A stretch of DNA of 64,000 bases, from the NCBI GenBank assembly GCA_964019425.1, contig OZ025787.1:62001-126000 (forward strand), given 5' to 3'. Position 1 is the first letter of the stretch. Each line of letters starts with the position of its first letter. The translations under genes and the position numbers were made by a program. The stretch comes from Flectonema sp. DT1601 (lineage: Eukaryota). This document shows positions 10,674 through 22,905 of this stretch, piece after piece. The notes beneath the pieces are model-generated. The model was not told the origin of the DNA, did not search any database, and saw only the letters and a program-made list of their open reading frames with translations.

Positions 10674-11945
10674 TTATGAAACCTGAAGATCAGCCCTGGG
10701 AAATAGAACTTTACGTAAATGAGTCTCTAATAAAACTTGAGCTTCTCTGTTGTGAGTATTCGCCTTTGCAGCTGTGTACGGAGACAGACCTCTTTTACTC
10801 ACTATCGATGCATCAGCTGAAGCATTAAGAAGTGATTTAACTACTTCTCCAGACCCTCTAGAAGCAGCGACATATAAAGGAGTTTCGCCACACTTATTAC
10901 GAGCATTTATTATAGAAGATAAATATTTAAGCATGTACCTTGTGATTTCATTACCTGCCATTGCAGCTTCGTGTAGAACAGTGTCGTTACTCTTATCGAC
11001 TTTGAAAGGATCAGCTCCATTTTTAATAAGCAGCTCCGCCACTTGAATATCACCATTCCGGGCGGCAAAGTGAAGAGGTGTCTCTCCCAAATCAGTAGTC
11101 GCATTAACATCAGCGTTGCTACTGATTAGTTTAGTCGCGATGTCAACAGATGATGCAGCGTGGAGAGCTGTCTGTCCTTGATTATTCCTTGCTTCAACTG
11201 AACAAGAATGAAGAACGAGTAACATTGTTGCTCTCACATTATTTGTATACGAAGCAATATGTAATGGTGTCGACGATGAGTAATCTGCTGCATCAATCTG
11301 AACACCATCTTGTTGAAGAAGGAGTTCAGCTATTTCAATACAACCATTTAATATCGCTACATGAAGTGGTGTTGATCTTGTTAAAGACCGAGCTGAAGGA
11401 TCAGCACCTGCTGCAAGAAGTAGTTCGACACATTCTTCAGAAGATTTTGCGGCATAACAAAGAGCAGTGTTACCATCTTGTCCTTCTAAGTTAAGAGAAT
11501 ATAAACTAGACGACATATCAATAAGAACTTTAAGACATTCTGTCTTACCGTTCATAGCTGCCAAGTGAATTGCAGCGTTTCCACATTCGTCTACCGCAAG
11601 AGGGTCACACCCTGCGTCGATTAAGTACCGAAGAGCGAAAGCCTTTCCGTCACGTACACATTTCAAAAAGGTTTCTTCATCTGGCGTCAATCCGAGTTTC
11701 TTTAATTCTTCTCTCGCATAGAATTTTCGCTCAAGTTGTAAATATATTTCGTCATCTCCACAAACCCCGTAACTGCTGACCTTCGCATGGTCATTCAACA
11801 CCTTACCAGCGTACTCTAGAGCAGTTCTACAGGCTTCGTATCCTCCTTCAATGCATGCGTTAACTTTCAAGTCTCGGACTGTTGTCTCTGTCGTGATATC
11901 TAACGCGAATCGTGTGCCATCTGCTGTGATCACATAGACGTTCAT
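10674..11945 (-). CDS. Ubiquitin-like domain plus ankyrin-repeat protein, 423 aa
   Basis: N-terminal UBL (MNVYVITADG...LEYAGKVLNDHAKVSSYGV) followed by about 9 ankyrin repeats (GNAAIHLAA, GNTALCYAA, STPLHVAI, GETPLHFAA, GETPLYVAA). Confidence 0.9.
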   Translation of the reverse strand: MNVYVITADGTRFALDITTETTVRDLKVNACIEGGYEACRTALEYAGKVLNDHAKVSSYGVCGDDEIYLQLERKFYAREELKKLGLTPDEETFLKCVRDGKAFALRYLIDAGCDPLAVDECGNAAIHLAAMNGKTECLKVLIDMSSSLYSLNLEGQDGNTALCYAAKSSEECVELLLAAGADPSARSLTRSTPLHVAILNGCIEIAELLLQQDGVQIDAADYSSSTPLHIASYTNNVRATMLLVLHSCSVEARNNQGQTALHAASSVDIATKLISSNADVNATTDLGETPLHFAARNGDIQVAELLIKNGADPFKVDKSNDTVLHEAAMAGNEITRYMLKYLSSIINARNKCGETPLYVAASRGSGEVVKSLLNASADASIVSKRGLSPYTAAKANTHNREAQVLLETHLRKVLFPRADLQVS

Positions 11946-12297
11946 CTTATGAAATACTTCTGTGAGTTAGTAAGTAGTAAAATGATAATCAAGGTCAACT
12001 GTTGGTGAAGGTCACCTGCTCTCTAATATTGATGTTGTTTACCTGAGTTGAGAGGAAGCTGAACTATAATTAACACAGCTGTGAGAACGGTTAAATAATA
12101 ATAAGACATTCAATAAAAGAATGATAAGTGTGTAGTTTAGTTTGTTATTTTACTTTTCTTCTGTGGAAGGGCCGAAAGGCTACCACAACGAATGGATCAA
12201 AAAAAAAAAAAAGTACTTTTTACTTTCGTTAGCAACTCAGCATAGCATTCCTTGTAAGAGATAGCTGACTGCGTTTATTCCAAGTAGTGGTTTTAGC

Positions 12298-14202
12298 TTA
12301 CTGACCAGCAGCGTTCTGTTGTTGTTGTTGTGAAGCAGCAGATTGCGGTCGTCTTCTCGATTGTCTCTTCTTCGATATGACTTCCTTTCCTAGTGAAGTG
12401 TCGGTGTGGAGTTTTCTAAGATCGGTAACTTCTTTATCGACCTCTTCCTGTTCTTTACCAACAAATTGTTTATTCATTTTGAGTAGTCGTTTACGATGAT
12501 CAGATTCGATTTCTTTATTTTCAATTCGAGGAGGGACAAAATCAATCTCTAACTCTTCTAGGAGGTCTTCAGTGGGAGTGAATTCTAATTCTTGTTGAGC
12601 AAACCTCTCTGACATGTCTGATACGATTTTATCAATCGATGATTCCTCTTGTGAGAGTCTAATTAATTCATCTTTGTATCTTCCTCTGTTTGGATCTAAT
12701 GATTCACTACAGAGGGCTACTTGTGCTTCACAATTTCTTATCTGTCGTCTTATTCCTTGAAGTCGGGTTTTCCTCTTTAAAAGTAAATCGTTTCCTTTGA
12801 TTGCGTATCTGCGAAATACTTCTAAGTAACGTTTTAGTTCCGACATTCGGATGTCTTGTAATTCTGATTCAACGTTTTTAGAGGCGACAACTTCACAACC
12901 TTTGTGAAAGTAGTCGCTGACACTGCCGACTAGTTTTAATGAAGTTTCTGTTGACATTAGAAGATCCTCAAGTCTTCGTGTGTGTTCTGCGTATACTTCA
13001 CTGTACTCGGCGTATTCTCGTTTTCGTTTTTCTTCAGCTTCTGTTACTTGTAGGTGATGAGTTAAATAATTTTGTCTATCCTCTGCTAACATTCTCATCT
13101 CTGATAGCAGCCTTTCAATGTCTTCCCAAATCTCATCTTGTCGACGACTGTTTTGTGACAGCTCTTGCCGACTTGTTTTTTGAAAATCTTCGTAAAGTTT
13201 TGTCTTTACTGCAGCCTCTTCAGATGCTTGCTCTCCTTTTAAAACGAGTGTTTGAAGATCTGATACGATATCAGTTCTTAATAGTTCGTTGTCCGATTTT
13301 AGTTTACGAATTGTTGATGTGCCTTCTTGTTCTTTTTGTTCGTACTGTCCTCTGTAGGTGTTTGTGTCACCTGATCCCATCATTATTTGAGACAACCTTC
13401 CTCTAATTTGTGATATTAATTTCTCAAGAAGAGCAATAGTTGCTACATGTGACTTATCAGCTTTGTCAATGTCTTCAGATGCGATGGCTTCACTCTGTTC
13501 TTGTTCTGTTTGGTTTACCTGGTCCATTAGTATTCCAATCTTGTCACCACTTTTTGTTAATTCTTTTTTAATAAATTGAAGAACATCAGTATGAACTAAT
13601 TCATGTAATTGTAATATGATAGTTACTAAAGGGTGAACAGTACATTGATTGTGATCATGTAAATGACCTTTTAAGACAGGGTCGAGAGAATCCTCGACAG
13701 CTGTTCTCTGAACTGCAGAAAGAGGTTTTTGAAGAAGTTGTTGAAGAGTATTTGGAATTGGTAATACTGAAGGAGGTTCCTCATCAGGTGTCACTGATGA
13801 TATTCTATTCATCGAAACATCTAATTCATAATCAGATATCATTATGTCGGAAGTAAATGAACTAGTTTCTGGCCATCTGTAGCCGTCATCGTATTCTTTT
13901 AGTCGTTCCATTCTGGTTTTATTTCTTTCTTGTAAGAGAACTCTCGCGTTTACAGCGTGCTCCTGTTGTAGTTCAAAGTATGTTGTTATTTGTTCTTCAT
14001 TCTCTGCAACTGATGCTTTTAACATCATGTTCTGATTGCCTTGCTCAGTACTGTAGTATTGGATTTGTTTTCCTTGAATGGTACTCTCGTACACGACAGG
14101 TTTTGGTATTTTCGTGTTCTCGTAAGCCGTGGTTCCCATCGCATTGACAGTGAGAGAGCTCGCCTTGTCGATGGCGGCCTTCTCCCGATCTGCTCGACTC
14201 AT
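12298..14202 (-). CDS. Paraflagellar rod (PFR) family coiled-coil protein, 634 aa from the ATG at 14202
   Basis: Long coiled coil. The segment KRKTRLQGIRRQIRNCEAQVALCSESLDPNRGRYKDEL...EFTPTEDLLEELEIDFVPP matches the PFR C-terminal signature (fciEtfDPnakk...F.ptedaL..agi.FvhP). Confidence 0.8.
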   Translation of the reverse strand: MSRADREKAAIDKASSLTVNAMGTTAYENTKIPKPVVYESTIQGKQIQYYSTEQGNQNMMLKASVAENEEQITTYFELQQEHAVNARVLLQERNKTRMERLKEYDDGYRWPETSSFTSDIMISDYELDVSMNRISSVTPDEEPPSVLPIPNTLQQLLQKPLSAVQRTAVEDSLDPVLKGHLHDHNQCTVHPLVTIILQLHELVHTDVLQFIKKELTKSGDKIGILMDQVNQTEQEQSEAIASEDIDKADKSHVATIALLEKLISQIRGRLSQIMMGSGDTNTYRGQYEQKEQEGTSTIRKLKSDNELLRTDIVSDLQTLVLKGEQASEEAAVKTKLYEDFQKTSRQELSQNSRRQDEIWEDIERLLSEMRMLAEDRQNYLTHHLQVTEAEEKRKREYAEYSEVYAEHTRRLEDLLMSTETSLKLVGSVSDYFHKGCEVVASKNVESELQDIRMSELKRYLEVFRRYAIKGNDLLLKRKTRLQGIRRQIRNCEAQVALCSESLDPNRGRYKDELIRLSQEESSIDKIVSDMSERFAQQELEFTPTEDLLEELEIDFVPPRIENKEIESDHRKRLLKMNKQFVGKEQEEVDKEVTDLRKLHTDTSLGKEVISKKRQSRRRPQSAASQQQQQNAAGQ

Positions 14203-15873
14203 TTTTTTTTTTTTTTTTAGTACTAAAAAACTAATTGAATTCACATTTTTAACTCAAATTTTGACCAAAAACAAGATATGAAGAGAGTAAACGAAACTGA
14301 AAACATAGCACTAAGAATTTTTTTTCCCCAGACCTCATTGCTTAAGAACGTGCCCGCAATCTGTTAATTATTTATGGCAGAATCGATGAAAAATAAAACT
14401 CTCCAGTTAACAACAATTTCTCGAAAATTGATGACCGTGAAGAAATTCTTTTTCTCGACTAATCGAAAAATACTACGCCATTAGTTATCAAGAATGCACT
14501 TCGAGCAACCGGACTCCAGCAACGATTTCCTTTTAATTTTATTATTTCACCAAAAGCAATTTTCAAACTTCAAGACTCAGTTAGCCATAACTGGTTTTTC
14601 CGATTTATAATAAATAAGTTGCGAATTGAACACGCAGCTTTGAAAAGTAAGTTTATACTTTTTCCAACAGCAAGCTAATACTGGATGGTGGCTGGGGGTG
14701 ACTTGAATAAATAATTCAAGGTTAACACGTAACAAATTAGACATAAATCATAATATGGATTCCGTCCGTGGGGGGGTGATAGGGAAAAAGAAACTGATAA
14801 AAAAAAGAGATAAAACCGCAATACTTTTTCTTTTTTTTTTTTTGATATAGTTTTTTTTGTTTTTGCTTTTATCAGTTAGAATTCTATCTGAAAAAATTAG
14901 ATAGTTAAAAAAAAAGTGTAAACTGTATACAAAGTTTACCTCTTGTGGGCGGATTTAGAGAAAACAAAAAAGAACGTTGATTCAAGTACGCACCTTCTTA
15001 TTTTAGGCTTCATGCTTTTTGCAGGGGTTTCAGATGTGCAACTCGTGTAAAAGCTTTGTGACCTTACCTCTTGAAGGCAATTATTCATAGTTAAAGTAAT
15101 AAGATAATTACCGTAGTCTACACTATGAATCTTATATCACTCAGAGAGAACACGAGAGATGACATTTCAAAATGGGATAAAAAAATGGGATAAAAAAAAA
15201 ACAAAAAAAAAACAATATAACGAACAAATCGTTAAATGAATCTAATGGACAATAATACATTCAAATAAAACATGACAGACAAAAATGATGCAGTCTGATC
15301 ATGAGAAAATGATTTTTGAATTGTTGAAATAAAAATAGACTCACAAAGTAAGCACACCTGTTGATTTTACAAAAAAAAAAAAAAAATAATAATAATAATA
15401 ATAATAATAATAATTATTAAAGACAATCCAAGTCGTTATCTAACTTGAACAAACATAAATAAGATCAACTATACATAGCAAACCGGCTACACACTTTTCA
15501 TACCTTATGCAGTCACTATCTCAATTTGAGAAAGTAGCTTTGCGGTAACACAAAAGATGCAAAGTAATTTATGGGAAAAAAAAAAAAAAAAAAAAACTTG
15601 ACCGTCTGTGAAGCAAGTGATTAAAAGTGAAGAAAAAAGCGCAAAAATACCAACTGGAAAATCGACGACTCACATCCTTTGAGTAGTAACAGTGAAAACC
15701 ATCACTACAATAATCCCATCACATAAAATAGTACGCACAAGTGAAGTTGGTTTTACAACACGCACATAAACCATAACCAGAATATTATTATTATTTAGTG
15801 TTTTATCCAATATTTTAGATACATTATTCGAATTCGCGCATGGATAAAAACTTTGATAAATTAAAATAAAATA

Positions 15874-18800
15874 TTAAGCAATAGGAGATAAACACTCCAT
15901 CTCGCTCACCATGGCGGGTAAGAATAACCTTTCCATTGCAATTTGAACTCTGTGAGAGTAGTTTCGATACTTAACTTTGTAAGATGGGCGGCTTCCAGAG
16001 GGTTGAGAAGGAAGTCCCAATTTATAGTAATCTTCACCGTCATCGGGTGTTAATAAACCAATATTCATAATTCTTTGAGTCATTGGGTGGTTGCTAATGT
16101 CAGATTCTTTTAATTTATTTATTTCCCATTGAGATCCCCAAACCTCAACAACCAAAGCAGTAACAATATTCATCAACAGAATTACACTCAGAAACCAAAA
16201 TGATGTAAAGTACAAAATCACCCAGTCACCACAACATGCTCTGTAACCATCAACAATAATATACCAATTGTTAACGACCATTAAACACCAAAGAGTTACG
16301 CAGGATGACCAAAATCCATTGAAATTAAGAGCGTAATAATCCTTGTTTGAATACTCAGTTCCGTATGGCGGTACTTTATCTTTAAATAACAACATTCCAA
16401 TTGAAGCATAATAGTAGAAAAGGATAAACAAATCGATCATATAAACCCCAAATATCGGAAGAATATTTGAAAAAGTTTTTAAAATATATTTTAACGAAGC
16501 GTTACTCGCTGATATTCGAAGTGATCTGAGAAGCCTTCCTAAAAACATTATGACTAAAAAATCAGGATGAGTTTGGTTGGCGTCTGATTCTTTTGGATCC
16601 CTTAAGAATAAAAGCAAAGCTTCATCAAAACCTTTCGCAATAGCATACAAAAAGAAAAACGCTAATAGGATGATGTTCATTATCGTAATGTAAAAATCAA
16701 AGCGGTTCCACTTCTTAACTCGGTAGCCAGCCCATCCCATGGACATTACTTTCAGCCCTGTTTCAAGACAGAATACCACACCGACTGCTGCTTCCAAATA
16801 AACAAATAAAAACCAATAGTAGGAGTGTTTACCATCTGGGGTCATTTCTTTATCAAGTTTCATGCATTCAAAATGAATAACCATAAGTACGATTGACATC
16901 ACCACAAAGACATTCATTATGAGAGTCAAAGCTCTGCTTCTACCAAATCGAAATAATGATTTAACGATTGTGTTTTCACGCACAGCTTCGGAGAGGTATT
17001 TCTCTTCAGGAAGACGGGCATCTTGAATAGTTGAGATCTTTAACTGTAACATGTTATATATTTCACGAAACTGTAGACTATCAAGTAAACCAGAGTTATT
17101 ATAATCCATTGCATAGAACATAACTCGTAAAAGTCTAACAGGTGATTCAGGGGGTTCAATGCGGACAAGTTCAACGTGACGGGCGAGGTATCGAACTTCA
17201 TCATTATCACTTCCAAGATGGATTTGATAAAATGTACTTTTAGATGTTTTTATAATTTCTTCAACAATCCCAACAGTTCCTTTTGGGTATCCAATCACGT
17301 TATGTAATAACGTCACTCGATCTCGTGATGCGAGTCGAGGAGTTCCGGGAGTAGAGTTTGAATGATTGTCAGCTTCGTAATCAAGTTTCTGATTAAAATA
17401 TTTATCTCGAATTGAAGTTGCTTCAAATACTTTTGTAACACAACCGTCGTCACCATCACCGTGTGAAATGATACTACAACCACGACTTGGTAATACAACA
17501 GGTGTTAGTAATCCGTTAAGCTTTAGAGTCTCTTCCAGATCTCCTCCTAATATTTGATTTACAGCAACTGATGGCTGACGTTGTCTACTTCTGTCTTCAT
17601 CTTCTCCGGCATCATCATCTGGAATCTTACTTAGAGACTCGTGAGGAAGAGTACAACTACTTCCATCATCAAATGTAACGTAACTTACCCATTCGTTATC
17701 ATTCAAGACTGTGTGCTCAACAGTTCCTTTTAAACCTTCCGAGTGAGATATACAATCTTGAATGAGTCCAACTGTTACTCCTTTTGAGTACACCTCATCA
17801 GTCTTTTCATCAAAATAACTATCTTCAAGTCGAGTCAAGTTAGGTTGCAGTTCCCGACAAAGCATTGCAAACAGTCGAAGATCGATACCAGTTTGGTTGA
17901 TTGGTCTGATTTGTAAAGATCTGAAATCGTCACCTATTGAAGGTGCAAAGTTAGAAGTTCCATTGAAAGAAAGGTCATCACTCTGACGCCGAGAATGAGA
18001 AGGTTTCTCCCCTCCATTTGAATTGATGTCAAAGCTATCAAGTAGTTGATCATTTTTAATATTCTTACGATGTTGATCTGCTTCCATTAAAGAATCAAAT
18101 GCACTATCTAACATTGCTAACCTGTATCGGTAGTTTTTATAAATACTTTTCTGTAAATGCTCTTTATAAACTTTGTACACTACCGCAAACGCTACAGATA
18201 GTAAGAAATATATTCCAATTAAATGAAAAGTTATAAAGTAACAAGGTGTGGCCCACCAGCTGAGTGAATTCCATGTAAACTCCAAAGGACGGGTGTTATT
18301 CTTTTCAACCGTGTAGGTGACTTGGGTCACATGTGTTCCAGTAGTCGCATTGAAAAATGGTCCAGAAATGTTCTGCTGTACATCATAAGGATGTGCGTAT
18401 CCTTGTATCATTATGTCAGGGAAATTAGCAGTGGTGAGAGAGACTAGAAGTTGATACATCGCCCAACTAGCGCTAGTGAAGTAAGTGTTTCTGTTACTAA
18501 ATAAAACAAAACCATAAATCGCGAAGATGACCAGAAAATTAAATATAAAAAGCAGAATTGGAACCAAAGCCCTGGCCGTCCTCACAATCGCTGGAACCGT
18601 TTCACGGAGACGAGTGAAATGCAAAACCACATAAACAGGGCGAACATAAAATCGAAGTACTACTCGGCTGCTATCAAGAACAGTATCCTTAACCGGTACG
18701 GATTTAAACATAAGAGGAACTATTAAGAGATCAAAGAAATACACAAGCGTGCACAAAAATAACAAAACACACTGAGCATTCTTAAAGTAACCCTTACATC

Positions 18801-19182
18801 CCATAAATAAAAACTGCACTACAGACTGAAATATAAAAACTACCAAACACCATCCCTCAGTAGCGGTGAGTAAACCTCTTACGAGAGAGCTTTCTTTTGA
18901 TATTTCTTTTGAATCTTCTTCAACCAGAGTTAATGCCAAAGTGATGTTCGCTATAACAGTAATTGATAGGAGTAGTCGGCAACCTCTACTTCTGTATAAT
19001 TTGTAAACCCATATTCTTGAGTCTAAGAATGGAAAGTGATTACCTAACAGGCAATCCTTCACAAATAACGCAGCCTTTTGAACGTGAAAATCTCGGTCTC
19101 TTTTGTGCTCATTCTCATTCTGTTCAGCAGTCCGCATTGGTAGCAGCGATTGTGTCCCTCCCTGTAGGAAATCATTTTCCAT
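15874..19182 (-). CDS. TPC: Two-pore cation channel (TPC family), 1102 aa
   Basis: Two 6-TM Shaker-like repeats with pore motifs LTTANFPDIM and MVVNNW. S4 of repeat II reads GRLLRSLRI. An EF-hand-like loop MDYNNSGLLDSLQF lies in the linker. Confidence 0.9.
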   Translation of the reverse strand: MENDFLQGGTQSLLPMRTAEQNENEHKRDRDFHVQKAALFVKDCLLGNHFPFLDSRIWVYKLYRSRGCRLLLSITVIANITLALTLVEEDSKEISKESSLVRGLLTATEGWCLVVFIFQSVVQFLFMGCKGYFKNAQCVLLFLCTLVYFFDLLIVPLMFKSVPVKDTVLDSSRVVLRFYVRPVYVVLHFTRLRETVPAIVRTARALVPILLFIFNFLVIFAIYGFVLFSNRNTYFTSASWAMYQLLVSLTTANFPDIMIQGYAHPYDVQQNISGPFFNATTGTHVTQVTYTVEKNNTRPLEFTWNSLSWWATPCYFITFHLIGIYFLLSVAFAVVYKVYKEHLQKSIYKNYRYRLAMLDSAFDSLMEADQHRKNIKNDQLLDSFDINSNGGEKPSHSRRQSDDLSFNGTSNFAPSIGDDFRSLQIRPINQTGIDLRLFAMLCRELQPNLTRLEDSYFDEKTDEVYSKGVTVGLIQDCISHSEGLKGTVEHTVLNDNEWVSYVTFDDGSSCTLPHESLSKIPDDDAGEDEDRSRQRQPSVAVNQILGGDLEETLKLNGLLTPVVLPSRGCSIISHGDGDDGCVTKVFEATSIRDKYFNQKLDYEADNHSNSTPGTPRLASRDRVTLLHNVIGYPKGTVGIVEEIIKTSKSTFYQIHLGSDNDEVRYLARHVELVRIEPPESPVRLLRVMFYAMDYNNSGLLDSLQFREIYNMLQLKISTIQDARLPEEKYLSEAVRENTIVKSLFRFGRSRALTLIMNVFVVMSIVLMVIHFECMKLDKEMTPDGKHSYYWFLFVYLEAAVGVVFCLETGLKVMSMGWAGYRVKKWNRFDFYITIMNIILLAFFFLYAIAKGFDEALLLFLRDPKESDANQTHPDFLVIMFLGRLLRSLRISASNASLKYILKTFSNILPIFGVYMIDLFILFYYYASIGMLLFKDKVPPYGTEYSNKDYYALNFNGFWSSCVTLWCLMVVNNWYIIVDGYRACCGDWVILYFTSFWFLSVILLMNIVTALVVEVWGSQWEINKLKESDISNHPMTQRIMNIGLLTPDDGEDYYKLGLPSQPSGSRPSYKVKYRNYSHRVQIAMERLFLPAMVSEMECLSPIA

Positions 19183-19607
19183 CGTTTTGGGGAGGGGCTG
19201 TGATAAAATAAATTAAACCATACTTAACAAGTTATCCAACCAATGCATAACATTTCTTTTATTCAAACGACCTGTACATGAGAAATTATAAACATTGCGC
19301 CATAAGAACAGATCTAATTATACTCAGAGTAATACAAAGGGTTCTTTGTATATTTTATTTTTTTATTTTCAGTTAGTAAGCCTGGCAGATAGTAAAGCTG
19401 AGGGAAGATACAAAAACAACCTCTCTGATAACAGCTTTCATTGAGGTGAGTCATCGTGTAATAATATCTTTAAGACTAAAGGAGAGCACAAGAACAATGA
19501 AGTCGAGGCATTTTCTTCAAAGCTCCCCCACACATGGAAGTAGTAATCAATTTGATCGAATTACTAAATAGTTAACGTTAGCGACAATCATAAAAAACAG
19601 ATCACAA

Positions 19608-20591
19608 CTACGACTTCTTTTTCTCATCGGTACTTTGAACTCTCTTTCCGAAATAGTTATGTAGAGCGACACCTAAAAGAGATATGACGCACCCAAAGAC
19701 AAACTGAATCCTGTTGGTGTTATTGTAAGTCAAGAGGTAATAGATTACAAAGTCTTATAAAACATACCTGACTGGTGTGCCAATAAATATCCCAGCTCCA
19801 ATCACAACAAGTGATCTTATAGCATTAGTCATTGAGTGAGTAAGAGGAGATAAGATTGTCAGGTTGTAAAAATTTGAGAGTTCCATCCAAGCGACACCAA
19901 CCACCGACAATACTATCGCCAGAACTGGAAGTGATGACAACCGTTCTGGAGAATTAATAATATTAATTATAGTCGGATGCTCAATATATAAAGCAATTGG
20001 TATAAATATAGAAAGTGATGTAAGCTGAAGCTTTATTAAATTACCAGCTGGATTAGGTGCCAAGACAGATTTTCCAAACACAGCTCTAGAGGCATCAGCA
20101 CAGGTGCATAGCAATGCTGCAACTGCTCCGATGACATCTGTTCCTCCATCTTGGAACGAAAATGCGTTGGAATTGTTTACGGCAATCCCAACACCAATCA
20201 CAATTAATATTAATGAAGTTATTGACGGTACCTTAGCACCAAGGAATATAAAACCCAATCCAGCGGTTACAACGGAATTTAGCGATTTAATCGTATGCAC
20301 TACTGGGATAGCAGTGTACATTAACGCAGTCTTATGAAAAGCATTGCCACTTATTTGACAGACTGATATCGGAAGTAATTTTGTTACTGTTGCGGTTTCT
20401 TTCTTCACTTTATCATTCTTAATAAACGATAAAAACAGTAATACCAATAGTTGAGCAGCCATTCCCATAACACTAGCTGTGAGAGGTAGTGAAAACCCCT
20501 CGTTTAGCATCTTTTTTGTCCAAATGTTATTTACAACACTTCCAGCAAACCACATCCCAACAGAAATTACCAAATGAAATGTGCCAACCAT
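19608..20591 (-). CDS. Triose-phosphate/nucleotide-sugar transporter family (DMT/TPT), 308 aa; exons 20591-19768, 19710-19608
   Basis: Multi-TM protein with NIWTKKML, HTIKS and LSPLTHSMTNAIRSLVVI motifs of the TPT family. The intron supplies the last TM helix (FGCVISLLGVALHN). Confidence 0.85.
19711..19767 (-). other. Spliceosomal intron, 57 nt (TPT gene)
   Basis: GTATGT...AATAACACCAACAG; phase 2; restores the final TM segment. Confidence 0.85.
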
Positions 20592-22905
20592 CTTATTCAC
20601 AATACTGTAATATAGACAAGGTTAGATACGTAGATAAAGAAATCAATTACATTGCGTATTGTGTAACTACAATAGAGCTACGAGGCAACAGCAACGCAAG
20701 TTGACCCAATCTTGTTATGCTATTTGTCAGCAGGTTACTGCAATATGATCAAACTGGAGGAGTTACTTCCTATCATGATTTATTTCTGTAAAAGAACGAA
20801 GCTAAGGTACTCTAATCACATTTTAGAAACACAGAACGTATTTGAATTACTACGTCGGATTAATTATTAGTTTTAATTACTCTCTTCTTCTAGCGGGGAT
20901 TAATTGCTTTGATTTGAACACAACAACTGTTTGTCTAACTTATATCATAACACAAAACGATAAGTTAAAGATGCAGTGAACTAACTATTTAGGGTTTCGA
21001 GAGTAATCCATATACCTCTTTACTTCTATTCTCATCATCAGTAATGATGTAGAATGATGTCAGTCAACTATTGTGACTAAATCACTTCAATGGACAAGTG
21101 GGGTGGAGTTAACCCTTTTTTTGATTGGATTTGTAATAAAATAAAAAAAACTTTTTTTTTATTACTGCAAAGCACTACTGGTGGAACAAATTGTAGAAAA
21201 ACAGTAATAATTGTTTTAAAAAATACTGACTTCTTTTGACTCAAAAATCAGGAAAAAGCACACACGACAACAGTTAAAACTGAGAAGGATGACAGAAGAT
21301 TTAATTTCAGTTCAGAACAGTTGCTGAAACGCTAGAAAACGTACACAACAAATACAACGCGGCATAAATATCCAGAAATCGTTGTTGAATTTGGTAGTTT
21401 GTGGGCCACATACAAGTGCTTTCGGTTCTCTTTTTTATTTATTTATTCCTTCTTATCATTTCCTTCGGGTTTTTTGTAACTCACATCAGTTAGTTAAAAT
21501 ATGAGTTTGTTATCAAATAGTACACTAAACTTAATTAGTATCAAAGCACATGATAACTGGTGGCAAGGATGCAAAAGAAAAGAACCCTTTTAGAAGAAAA
21601 GAAGGAAAAAAAAAAAAAAAAAACCTACCGAAAAACCTCCATCAAAGGGATTGAGGATTATTATTGTCTTTTTTTTTCTGTGTTGAGAGGAAAAAAAGAC
21701 GGTTTACTCTTTATATTATTATTAATCAATGAACGAGTTCCAACAACGAAGTAATTTCACACCTCTAAAAGCAATAATTAGTAGGAAAGAAGAAAGATTT
21801 CACTGACAGTAAAGTCAATCTTCAAAGAAAAGAAAAAAAAATTAAAAAAAGCACACATTCAGTCACCGATCCGAATAGTACTAACCCGAACTCTAAAAAT
21901 GAGTTTTTCTATAAAAAGAAATAATAACATTTTAATTAATTCACGGCTGAGATCGCCTCTTTAACTTGTTTCTACCACACTGATATATGAGCGAAGCAAC
22001 ACGGGAAGTGAGATCAGCAGTAGCGACCTCCTTGAAAAACTAATAATACAAAAAAACAGTAAGTCAATCTAAATCACTACAATGTTTTGCGTTAATAGAG
22101 AGATAGAGAGATTAAGTCTCAGCAATAAAGAAATCCATTTCCACACTTTTGAAGGATACATTTCAACAACAGAAGCAGTTGAAAGTGTTGAAATAACGAC
22201 TGGTGTGAATCCGATTTTTGTGTTGTTCTAAAAAACAAAAATTACGGTTTTATCTCAACACTCAGAAAGCTATAAAACTGATGACTTCTTTTGGTGCGAA
22301 TGAAAACAGACACGGCGCCTTTGGTGGTCATGTTTTTACACTCTAACTTCACTAACCTGAGCTGAGGATTAATCTTTTTTCTTAGACGAATATTAGTTTT
22401 AAAAATTGCAAACAAATGAATAGATGAGGAAATTTGGAGTCAAATTTTCTCTTTTTTGTTTGCTTTTTACGACATTATTAAAAAAAAAAAAAAAAAAGGG
22501 AAAAATAATTTTGAATAAAAGTTATGTATCTTCTGTGATAGTAGTCAGGCCGTTTTTTTTTTTTTTTTTGTAGAAATCGTCTGTTGGTTAGGGCAAAAAA
22601 AAAAAAAAAAAAAAAATCTTCATTAGTTTTTTTTATCTCTTATATTCGATTTTCAATTGATAGTAAATACGGTTATTGCGCTACATTAAGCTAAGAAGGT
22701 AGAGTATTCTCTTATTTGATGCGATCACGTAAGTTTAAAGTGAAATAGAACTTTTTAAAAGTCCCTCTTTACTTTAACATTAGAAAACATAAAAAACAAA
22801 CTTACAATAAAACATGCATTCAAAGGAAGGGGGAGAATAGGGGTTTTTTTTTTTTCCTCCAGAAAAAAGCGTGTTATTGTTTATAACACAAGCATACTAA
22901 TTATG

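Noticed and set aside
15169..15415. Short AAAATGGGATAA duplication and (AAT)n run
   Set aside because: Ordinary slippage repeats in AT-rich intergenic DNA.
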